A stretch of DNA of 24,000 nt from an uncultured Actinomycetota bacterium (GTDB lineage: Bacteria > Actinomycetota > Actinomycetes > Propionibacteriales > Propionibacteriaceae), in the NCBI GenBank assembly GCA_963815975.1, contig CAWFJC010000010.1, positions 268,007 through 292,006 on the forward strand, in the 5' to 3' direction. The position numbers and the translations under genes are program-made. Below are positions 1 to 7,233 of the stretch, piece by piece. The first letter of the stretch is position 1. Every line of letters begins with the position of its first letter. The notes below the pieces were generated by a model, which was not told where the DNA came from, made no database searches, and worked only from the letters and a program-made list of their open reading frames with translations.

Positions 1-651
1 CGCGCCCCCGGCAGCGCCGGCCGAGATCAACAGGATTGGCCAATCTGGCCGAAGGTCGTAGCGGCGCAGGATCGCTTCCCGATCAACCGCATCGGCCAGG
101 CCGGGCCGAACTGGAATCCCGGAAACCGTGATTCGATCCGCTGGTACCCCAATGGCAGACATGTACGCCTTGGTTTCGTCGCGCGCTACGAAGAAGTGGT
201 GGAACGGGCTCGTCAACCACAGTCCCTGGAAGTCGTAATCCGTGGTGACCACTGCCAGTCTGGCCTCGAGTGCGCCACGGGTCAGCATCAGCGACACCAA
301 TCGAGTCGGCAGAAAATGCGTACACACCACGATGGTGGGGCGAAACGCTTTGATGGCCCTGCTGCTTGCCGTGTTGTTGATGCGGTCCCACATCGAGGTC
401 CATTTAGCCAATTTGAATGGTGGATCATTCGCGTCATAACCCCAGCCGACTAGCCAAGGCGCTGCTTCGACAAGGGCAAAGTAACCGTCGTCATAGAGGG
501 TCCGGTAAACCTCGTTGGTCGCCTCGAGGATGTCCAGTTTCTGTACTTCATCGACGTTCTCGGCGGCTCGAAAAGACGACTCGAGGACGCCGGCGGCGAT
601 GTTATGGCCCGAGCCAATGCCGGCCGCAAGGATGAGGACCCGTTCACCCAT
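1..651 (-). CDS. Glycosyltransferase, MGDG-synthase/UgtP-like (diacylglycerol glycosyltransferase N-terminal domain); 5' part only, continues beyond window start
   Basis: Absent from the ORF track because it runs off the window. Reverse-strand translation from ATG (complement of 649-651) is stop-free for 217 codons down to position 1: MGERVLILAAGIGSGHNIAAGVLESSFRAAENV...PTIVVCTHFLPTRLVSLM...LAVVTTDYDFQGLWLTSPFHHFFVARDETKAYM...ADRITVSGIPVRPGL. The N-terminal GxGSGH loop and the TDY and SGIPVRP motifs match the MGDG synthase/UgtP family as I remember it. Confidence 0.65.
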   Translation of the reverse strand, partial: MGERVLILAAGIGSGHNIAAGVLESSFRAAENVDEVQKLDILEATNEVYRTLYDDGYFALVEAAPWLVGWGYDANDPPFKLAKWTSMWDRINNTASSRAIKAFRPTIVVCTHFLPTRLVSLMLTRGALEARLAVVTTDYDFQGLWLTSPFHHFFVARDETKAYMSAIGVPADRITVSGIPVRPGLADAVDREAILRRYDLRPDWPILLISAGAAGGA

Positions 652-804
652 GACCTGACACTAGGGGAAAAGAGTCACCACGAACACCGATAGGTGTCGC
701 TGTCGGTTCGAGGCGGGTTGCCGCAAGCTGAGCGTCGTGCGGCCGAGACGTCGAGATCGAGGTCGCCGTACAGTAGCCGCAGGAGTGTGCCAGCAGGAGT
801 GTCA

Positions 805-1149
805 ATGCACGAGCTTGCCATTACCCAAAGCGTGGTCGACATGGTCGTTGAGCGGACGGCCGGCCGGCGGGTCGGCCGGGTGCGACTGGATGTCGGCGCA
901 TTGTCGGGGGTTGTGCCCGACGCGATGCAGTTCTGTTACGAGCTCGTCGTCAGCGGTACGCCCCTGGAGGGCTCGACACTCGTGATCGAACAGACGCGCG
1001 GAGCGGCGCATTGCCGATCATGCGGCCAGGATTTCGCTCTCGACAGCCTCATCCTGCTGTGCGACTGCGGCAGCGCTGAGGTTGACCTGATCGCAGGCCG
1101 TGAGCTCCGGGTGCTCTCGGTCGAACTGGAGGTGGAGTCATGTGCCTGA
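805..1149 (+). CDS. hypA: Hydrogenase nickel-insertion protein HypA
   Basis: Lies inside ORF 694..1149. Start taken at ATG 805 (MHELAITQSVV, the Met-His-Glu nickel-binding N-terminus of HypA), preceded by AGGAG at 795-799. Zinc-site cysteines CRSC...CDCG near the C-terminus. 10-nt overlap with the hypB start. Confidence 0.9.
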   Translation: MHELAITQSVVDMVVERTAGRRVGRVRLDVGALSGVVPDAMQFCYELVVSGTPLEGSTLVIEQTRGAAHCRSCGQDFALDSLILLCDCGSAEVDLIAGRELRVLSVELEVESCA

Positions 1150-1964
1150 CCTGTGGTTGCGGCAACAATGATGACGTCAAGGTGCTGACCCTGGATGCCC
1201 ATGATCATTCACATCATGATCATGACCGTGAGCATCATGACCACGAGCATCACGACCATGATCACAGCCATCAGCTGGCAGATGCGGTCCAGCGGCCGAC
1301 GCCGAGCACCGAGAATCTGATCATCGGCGAGGCGATCCTGGCCAAGAACGATCACCTCGCCCAGCACAACCGCGAGTGGTTTACCGAGCGCAGCATTACC
1401 GCACTCAATCTGATGAGTTCTCCTGGCTCCGGTAAGACCTCACTTCTCGAGCGCACCATTGCTGAGTTCGGTGACGCGCGTCCCGTGTGCGTCATCGAGG
1501 GCGACCAGGAAACGACGTTCGACGCAGAACGTATTCGGCGCGCTGGTGCCCGTGCCGTTCAAGTGAACACCGGAGCCGGTTGCCATCTCGACGCTCCCAT
1601 GGTTCAGTCGGCCGTCCAGGCGTTGGACCCCAACCCAGGATCGTGGCTCTTCATCGAGAACGTCGGCAATCTGGTGTGCCCTGCGCTCTTCGATGTTGGC
1701 GAGCACGCCAAGGTGGTGATCATTTCGGTCACCGAGGGTCAGGACAAGCCACTGAAGTACCCGCACATGTTCGCGGTCGCCGACCTAGTGATTATCAACA
1801 AGACCGATCTGCTGCCCTATGTCGACTTCGATGTTGAAATATTTGCTGGCTACGCCCAAAGCCTCAACCGGACGGCCGAAATCATGCCCCTGTCGGTCAA
1901 GTCAGGCGACGGCCTCGATGCCTGGTATGCCTGGCTGCGTAGCGCGGCGCCGGCTGTGACCTAA
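1140..1964 (+). CDS. hypB: Hydrogenase nickel-incorporation GTPase HypB with His-rich tract
   Basis: N-terminal MCLTCGCG (CxxCGC nickel site). His-rich tract HDHSHHDHDREHHDHEHHDHDHSH (about nt 1195-1272). P-loop SSPGSGKTSLL, plus GAGCHLD and ENVGNLVCPA motifs of HypB/UreG-type GTPases. Confidence 0.95.
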   Translation: MCLTCGCGNNDDVKVLTLDAHDHSHHDHDREHHDHEHHDHDHSHQLADAVQRPTPSTENLIIGEAILAKNDHLAQHNREWFTERSITALNLMSSPGSGKTSLLERTIAEFGDARPVCVIEGDQETTFDAERIRRAGARAVQVNTGAGCHLDAPMVQSAVQALDPNPGSWLFIENVGNLVCPALFDVGEHAKVVIISVTEGQDKPLKYPHMFAVADLVIINKTDLLPYVDFDVEIFAGYAQSLNRTAEIMPLSVKSGDGLDAWYAWLRSAAPAVT

Positions 1965-1966
1965 GG

Positions 1967-1998
1967 CCCGAATTGCTTGACGTAATTCGGGACCGAAT
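1967..1998. promoter_or_regulatory. Triple CCGAAT/ATTCGG repeat (inverted-repeat pair) between hypB and hhyS; weak hairpin or operator
   Basis: CCCGAATT (1967-1974) and AATTCGGG (1984-1991) are exact reverse complements, starting 3 nt after the hypB stop. A third CCGAAT at 1993-1998 is palindromic with ATTCGG at 1985-1990. No T-tract follows, so this is not a convincing intrinsic terminator. Confidence 0.25.
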
Positions 1999-2087
1999 GT
2001 TAAGAACAGAGAAGCTGCACAAGTAGGCCGATCGTCGGCCCCAGCAGCATGGATCGGTGCAGATCCAGGTCGGGAAAGGTGGCATCG

Positions 2088-3143
2088 ATGCCGACGCCCG
2101 CCGCCGTAAAGGCAGAAGAAACGCTCATCCACGTCTTGTGGATCAACGCCGGCCTCAGCTGCGACGGGGACTCTGTCGCATTGACTGCGGCGACGCAGCC
2201 AAGCATCGAGGAGATCGCTCTCGGTGCGCTTCCCGGTCTTCCGCAGATCGCGGTCCATTGGCCGTTGATCGACTTCGAGTGTGGCCCGGAGGGCGGCCAG
2301 GACGACTTCCTCGAGTGGTTCCGCAAAGCCGACCGTGGCGAGCTGGAACCATTCGTCCTTGTCGTCGAAGGGTCGATCCCCAACGAGAAGATCAAGGACG
2401 AGGGCTACTGGTGCGGCTTCGGTAACGATCCAGCGACCGGGCAGCCGATCACGACGTCGGAATGGTTGGACCGGCTGGCGCCTAAGGCTACGGCGATCGT
2501 TGCCGCCGGGACCTGCGCCACGTACGGCGGGATCCATGCCATGGCCGGTAACCCCACCGGAGCCATGGGCGTCGCCGACTACCTCGGCTGGAGCTGGAAG
2601 TCGAAGGCCGGCATACCGATCGTCAACGTCCCCGGCTGCCCGATCCAGCCCGACAACCTCTCCGAAACGCTGACCTACCTCCTATACATGGCAACCGATC
2701 AGGCGCCGATGATCCCGCTCGACGACGCGCTGCGCCCCACCTGGCTGTTCGGCGCCACGGTGCACGAGGGCTGTGACCGGGCGGGCTATTACGAGCAGGC
2801 CGACTTCGCCACCGAGTACGGCTCGCCGAAGTGCATCGTCAAGCTCGGCTGTTGGGGTCCGGTGGTCAAGTGCAACGTGCCCAAGCGGGGGTGGATGGCC
2901 GGCATCGGCGGCTGCCCGAACGTAGGCGGCATCTGCATTGGCTGCACCATGCCCGGCTTCCCGGACAAGTTCATGCCATTCATGGACGAGCCTCCCGGCG
3001 CCAAGCTCTCCACCACAGTTGTCAACGCTTGGGGCGCGACCCTGCGTCGGCTCCGCTCGGTTACCCAGCACACGATCGATCAAGAACCCAAGTGGCGTAA
3101 GCGAGGTTCCCAGCTCACCTCGGGCGCGACTCGCACCTGGTAG
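2088..3143 (+). CDS. hhyS: [NiFe]-hydrogenase small subunit, group 1h (Hhy-type), no Tat signal
   Basis: Lies inside ORF 2049..3143. Start preferred at ATG 2088 (GAAAGGTGG at 2074-2082). Small-subunit Fe-S ligand pattern: LIHVLWINAGLSCDGDS, GTCATYGG, PGCPIQPDN, HEGCDR, KCIVKLGCWGPVVKCNVP, GGCPNVGGICIGCTMPGFPDKF. The N-terminus MPTPAAVKAEETLIHV has no twin-arginine motif. Confidence 0.93.
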   Translation: MPTPAAVKAEETLIHVLWINAGLSCDGDSVALTAATQPSIEEIALGALPGLPQIAVHWPLIDFECGPEGGQDDFLEWFRKADRGELEPFVLVVEGSIPNEKIKDEGYWCGFGNDPATGQPITTSEWLDRLAPKATAIVAAGTCATYGGIHAMAGNPTGAMGVADYLGWSWKSKAGIPIVNVPGCPIQPDNLSETLTYLLYMATDQAPMIPLDDALRPTWLFGATVHEGCDRAGYYEQADFATEYGSPKCIVKLGCWGPVVKCNVPKRGWMAGIGGCPNVGGICIGCTMPGFPDKFMPFMDEPPGAKLSTTVVNAWGATLRRLRSVTQHTIDQEPKWRKRGSQLTSGATRTW

Positions 3144-3180
3144 GCATCCACGTTCAGTTCTGCAAGGAGGCAAGCGTCCA

Positions 3181-4980
3181 ATGACCACGACCATGGCCAA
3201 ACCCAGCAAGCTCACTGAGAACGCCGAAGGCCTGGTCGAGGTGGCCTGGGATCCGATTACTCGCATCGTCGGTAGCCTTGGCATCTACACCAAGATCGAC
3301 TTCAAGCAGCGGGTCGTCACCGAGTGTCGTTCGACCTCATCGATCTTTCGCGGCTATTCGATCTTCATGAAAGGCAAGGACCCACGGGACGCCCACTTCA
3401 TCACCAGCCGGATCTGCGGAATCTGCGGCGACAACCATGCGACGTGCTCGTGCTACTGCCAGAACATGGCGTACGGGGTGAAGCCTCCACATATCGGTGA
3501 GTGGATCGTCAACCTCGGCGAGGCTGCGGAGTACATGTTCGACCACAACATCTTCCAAGAGAATCTCGTCGGGGTCGATTACTGCGAAAAGATGGTCTCC
3601 GAGACCAATCCCGCGGTGCTGGAGAAGGCGAACAACACCGAGGCGCCGCACGCTGGTGATCATGGCTATCGCACCGTCGGCGACATCATGCGAGCGCTGA
3701 ATCCGTTTACCGGCGACTTCTACCGGGAAGCCCTCCACGTGAGCCGCTACACCCGGGAGATGTTCTGCCTGATGGAGGGTCGGCACGTCCACCCCTCGAC
3801 GCTCTACCCGGGCGGCGTCGGAACGGTGGCAACGATCCAGTTGATGACCGACTACCTGACCCGTCTGATGCGGTACGTGGAGTTCATGAAGAAGGTCGTG
3901 CCGATGCATGACGACCTCTTCGACTTCTTCTACGAGGCGCTGCCCGGCTACGAGCAGGTCGGACTGCGGCGTACGCTGCTCGGCTGCTGGGGCTCCTTCC
4001 AAGATCCGGCAGTCTGCAACTTCAACTACAAGGACATGACGGCGTGGGGACGGGCTATGTTCGTCACGCCCGGCGTGGTCGTCGACGGCAAGCTCGTCAC
4101 CAACGATCTGGTGGACATCAATCTGGGCATCCGGATTTTGCTCGGATCCTCCTACTACGACGACTGGACCGACCAGGAGATGTTCGTGAGGAACGATCCA
4201 CTGGGGAATCCGGTCGATCGGCGCCATCCGTGGAACCAGCACACAAACCCACATCCCCAGAAGCGGGATCTTGACGACAAGTACAGCTGGGTAATGAGCC
4301 CACGCTGGTACGACGGTCAGGATCATCTCGCACTCGACACCGGTGGCGGGCCGCTCGCACGGTTGTGGTCCACGGCGCTGTCCGGGCTCGTCGACGTGGG
4401 CGGATATGTCAAGGCGACCGGCAGCAGTGTTCAGATCAACCTACCGAAGACGGCGCTCAAGGGCCCGGTGAGCCTGGAGTGGAAGATCCCGGTGCACGGC
4501 TCCAACACCTTGGAGCGGAATCGGGCGCGGACCTACTTCCAGGCCTACGCCGCTGGCTGCGCGCTCTATTTCGCGGAGAAGGCACTGGAGGAGATCCGGG
4601 CCGGGCGGACCAAGACCTGGGAGAAGTTCGAGGTGCCGGACGAGGGGATCGGCTGCGGCTTCACCGAGGCGGTCCGTGGCGTGCTGAGCCACCACATGGT
4701 GATCCGAGATGGCAAGATCGCCAACTATCACCCATACCCGCCGACCCCGTGGAACGCGAGCCCGACCGATTCGTACGGGACGGCCGGGCCGTACGAGGAC
4801 GCCGTCCAGGACCAACCGATCTTCGAGGAGAACGACCTGGATCACTTCAAGGGCATCGACGTGATGCGTACGGTGCGCAGCTTCGATCCGTGCCTGCCGT
4901 GCGGCGTACACATGTATCTCGGCGGGGGCAAGAAGCTCGAGGTGCTGCACTCGCCGACCCAGTCGCTCACCGGTGAGTAG
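3181..4980 (+). CDS. hhyL: [NiFe]-hydrogenase large subunit, group 1h (Hhy-type)
   Basis: ORF 2938..4980, but its first 81 codons overlap hhyS out of frame. Start at ATG 3181 with AAGGAGG at 3164-3170. TSRICGICGDNH (3403-3438) and SFDPCLPCGVH (His at 4909-4911) are the two Ni-Fe CxxC pairs, in the form I recall as diagnostic of group 1h (former group 5). A 22-residue C-terminal extension MYLGGGKKLEVLHSPTQSLTGE follows the His. Confidence 0.95.
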   Translation: MTTTMAKPSKLTENAEGLVEVAWDPITRIVGSLGIYTKIDFKQRVVTECRSTSSIFRGYSIFMKGKDPRDAHFITSRICGICGDNHATCSCYCQNMAYGVKPPHIGEWIVNLGEAAEYMFDHNIFQENLVGVDYCEKMVSETNPAVLEKANNTEAPHAGDHGYRTVGDIMRALNPFTGDFYREALHVSRYTREMFCLMEGRHVHPSTLYPGGVGTVATIQLMTDYLTRLMRYVEFMKKVVPMHDDLFDFFYEALPGYEQVGLRRTLLGCWGSFQDPAVCNFNYKDMTAWGRAMFVTPGVVVDGKLVTNDLVDINLGIRILLGSSYYDDWTDQEMFVRNDPLGNPVDRRHPWNQHTNPHPQKRDLDDKYSWVMSPRWYDGQDHLALDTGGGPLARLWSTALSGLVDVGGYVKATGSSVQINLPKTALKGPVSLEWKIPVHGSNTLERNRARTYFQAYAAGCALYFAEKALEEIRAGRTKTWEKFEVPDEGIGCGFTEAVRGVLSHHMVIRDGKIANYHPYPPTPWNASPTDSYGTAGPYEDAVQDQPIFEENDLDHFKGIDVMRTVRSFDPCLPCGVHMYLGGGKKLEVLHSPTQSLTGE

Positions 4981-5883
4981 ATGCAGCCCCAGTCGGGTCT
5001 TGATCAACTCAGTGAGACCGGCGAGCGGATCGACAGCCTGCTGAGCGCTCTAGGTACCTCCGGGCCGATGGCCCAACAGCGCGGCGAGGACCTGGTTGCG
5101 CTGGTGACCAACCTTTACGGGGCCGGACTGGAGCGCCTTCTCGAGGTGCTGGCCGACGCCGGCCGGCTCGATGCCGGAGCACTCGATGCGCTGGCGGCGG
5201 ACGAGCTTGTCTCCGGGTTACTGCTGGTACACGGCCTACATCCGTACGATGTGACGACCCGGGTCGCGGCGGCGTTGGACAGCGTGCGTCCCTACCTCGG
5301 CTCACACGGCGGCGATGTCGAACTGTTAGGAATCGACGGGGCCGGCGTGGTCACGCTTCGGTTGCTCGGTACCTGCGACAGCTGCCCGTCGTCGACGGTA
5401 ACGCTGCAGCTGGCCGTGGAGGGTGCGATCCAGGCCGCTGCGCCGGAGGTCACCGCAATCGAGGTTGAGCCGACGGCGCGATCAACGCCCGGACTCATTT
5501 CGGTGGAGTCGCTCCGGGTCCGGCTTGATCAGAATGAAGCCGCGGCTGCCTGGCTGCCGATTCCTGAATTGGCCGACCTGGCGCCCGGCGAGATCGGCGG
5601 ATTCGACAAGGACGGCATGGCCTTCGTGGCTTGCCGATTGGGCGGAGATCTGTTCGCGTATCGCGATCACTGTCCGGCCTGCGGCGAAACGCTGGTCGGT
5701 GCGAGATTGGAGCGCCGGCTGGGCGATAGCGCTGCCAATTTGATCTTGGTTTGTCCGCATTGCCGGGCTCGCTATGACACGCGGCGAGCAGGGTTGGGCC
5801 TGGATGGTGATCATCATCTGGAGCCGCTGCCGCTGCTGCAGCGTGATGGGGTGCTCAGCGTGGCCGTGCCGGCGGGCGTCTGA
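4981..5883 (+). CDS. NifU-domain / Rieske-fold-like fusion protein (HhyE-like putative Fe-S protein)
   Basis: ATG 4981 abuts the hhyL TAG (4978-4980). The middle part is a NifU C-terminal-type domain (RPYLGSHGGDVELL...GTCDSCPSS, Cys codons at 5374 and 5383). The C-terminal ~110 aa look Rieske-fold-like but carry HCPACG (5668-5685) and CPHC (5752-5763) in place of CxH/CxxH. The architecture matches the putative Fe-S protein next to mycobacterial Hhy structural genes (memory). Confidence 0.8.
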   Translation: MQPQSGLDQLSETGERIDSLLSALGTSGPMAQQRGEDLVALVTNLYGAGLERLLEVLADAGRLDAGALDALAADELVSGLLLVHGLHPYDVTTRVAAALDSVRPYLGSHGGDVELLGIDGAGVVTLRLLGTCDSCPSSTVTLQLAVEGAIQAAAPEVTAIEVEPTARSTPGLISVESLRVRLDQNEAAAAWLPIPELADLAPGEIGGFDKDGMAFVACRLGGDLFAYRDHCPACGETLVGARLERRLGDSAANLILVCPHCRARYDTRRAGLGLDGDHHLEPLPLLQRDGVLSVAVPAGV

Positions 5884-5893
5884 GGGCTGAGCT

Positions 5894-6580
5894 GTGCCAG
5901 TGAACCCGCAGGCGTCGAGCGCATCGTCGGAGCCGCCGCGCGGAGCCGGGGCCCTGTCGGTATTGCGTCGGATCGCCACCCGTCCGCCGCCCGAACCGGA
6001 CCAGCAGACCTGCGACATGTGTGCCGAGCCGATCACAGATGATCATCGGCACGTCGTCGATATTCAGAGCCGCCAGCTGATGTGCACCTGCCGAGGCTGC
6101 GGCTTGTTGTTCACCGCCAACGCTGCGAACCAGCGCTATCGAGCAGTGCCCGACCGATTTCTGTCGTTTCCTGACTTCGAGCTCACTGAAGCCGAGTGGG
6201 ACTCTCTCGACATTCCGGTCGGATTGGCCTTCTTCTTCTCCAACTCCGTGCTGGGACGAGTGGTGGCCTTCTATCCAGGCCCCGCCGGCGTAGCAGAGTC
6301 GGAGCTGGGACTTGCAGCGTGGACCGACGTGCTCAAAGCCAATCCCGAGCTCGGCGCACTCAGCGATGACGTCGAGGCTCTCTTGGTACGCAGCCCAGGT
6401 CATGATCACGAGGCGCAGTGCTTTCTAGTGCCGATCGACGCGTGTTATGAGTTGGCTGGCCGGCTGCGTACCGTTTGGCGCGGCTTCGACGGCGGGCAGG
6501 ATGCGCGCGCGGTGATTGAGGACTTCTTCACCACAGTGGCCACGCGGAGCCGAGCGATCACGCGGGAGGTTGGCGCGTGA
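5894..6580 (+). CDS. Conserved hydrogenase-locus protein with CxxC...CxCxxC motif (DUF5947-like)
   Basis: GTG 5894 lies 10 nt after the previous stop. 228 aa, GC3-rich throughout. Cys cluster CDMC...CTCRGC encoded at 6011-6100. Its position after the NifU-like gene matches the family NCBI labels DUF5947 (memory; needs an HMM check). Confidence 0.7.
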   Translation: MPVNPQASSASSEPPRGAGALSVLRRIATRPPPEPDQQTCDMCAEPITDDHRHVVDIQSRQLMCTCRGCGLLFTANAANQRYRAVPDRFLSFPDFELTEAEWDSLDIPVGLAFFFSNSVLGRVVAFYPGPAGVAESELGLAAWTDVLKANPELGALSDDVEALLVRSPGHDHEAQCFLVPIDACYELAGRLRTVWRGFDGGQDARAVIEDFFTTVATRSRAITREVGA

Positions 6581-7233
6581 TTGATCTTGCGTTTCGCATC
6601 GACGACATCGTGTGTGAGCCGTACGCCGCGGTGCCTCAGCTGACGGCGCGGCTGGAGATCAGTGAGCGAACCGGGGAGAAAGTGCATGCTCTGGCGCTTC
6701 GTTGCCAGGTGCGGATCGAGCCCCAGCGCCGTGCCTATGACGTTCAGGAGGCTGCCGGGCTCGCCGACCAATTCGGACTGCGTGAACGCTGGTCGCAGAC
6801 CCTCAAGCCTTTCCTGTGGATGCACTGTTCCACCGTGGTTCAGGGATTCACCGAGATGACACTCGTCGACCTGCCGATGCCGGTGACGTATGACCTCGAG
6901 GTGACTGCCTCGAAGTACTTCCACCAGCTTGACGGCGGCGAGGTGCCGCTGGTCTTCATGTTCTCCGGGACTTGCTTCACCCAGGGCAGGTCAGGATTCG
7001 GCGTCGAGCAGGTGCCGTGGCATCTGGAGGACACCTACCGGATGCCCGTCGCCGTCTGGCGTGAGTGCATAGACCAGCACTTCCCTGGCAGCGGCTGGTT
7101 GCGGCTGAGCCGCGACGTGCTCGCCGAACTGACCCAATACAAGGCCGAGCACGGCCTGACGAGCTGGGACTCCGTTGTTGAGCGGCTGCTCAGTGCCGCA
7201 CGAGTGAGGGCGGAGCGGGTGAGGGAATCGTGA
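6577..7233 (+). CDS. Conserved hydrogenase-locus protein of unknown function (DUF6084-like)
   Basis: GTG 6577 overlaps the previous TGA (GTGA coupling). 218 aa, soluble, no metal motif: MIDLAFRIDDIVCEPYAAVPQLTARLEI...PLVFMFSGTCF. Family assignment is from memory only. Confidence 0.68.
   Translation: MIDLAFRIDDIVCEPYAAVPQLTARLEISERTGEKVHALALRCQVRIEPQRRAYDVQEAAGLADQFGLRERWSQTLKPFLWMHCSTVVQGFTEMTLVDLPMPVTYDLEVTASKYFHQLDGGEVPLVFMFSGTCFTQGRSGFGVEQVPWHLEDTYRMPVAVWRECIDQHFPGSGWLRLSRDVLAELTQYKAEHGLTSWDSVVERLLSAARVRAERVRES

Noticed and set aside
694-804. 37-codon N-terminal extension of hypA (GTG 694)
   Set aside because: The extension is Arg/Ser-rich. HypA function requires the Met-His-Glu N-terminus, which begins at ATG 805 behind AGGAG.
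1902-2537. 211-aa minus-strand ORF spanning the hypB-hhyS gap and the 5' end of hhyS
   Set aside because: It is antisense to the small-subunit gene, with junk-like composition and no RBS context.
2938-3180. 81-codon N-terminal extension of the large-subunit ORF (start at 2938)
   Set aside because: It overlaps the hhyS 3' end out of frame and is Ser/Pro/Arg-rich. ATG 3181 has a perfect AAGGAGG and yields the family-typical N-terminus.
3337-4326. 329-aa ORF on the minus strand inside hhyL
   Set aside because: It is antisense to a gene with unmistakable [NiFe] large-subunit motifs. Its translation is Arg/Pro/Val/His-rich with no motifs. This is a typical shadow ORF of a high-GC coding region.
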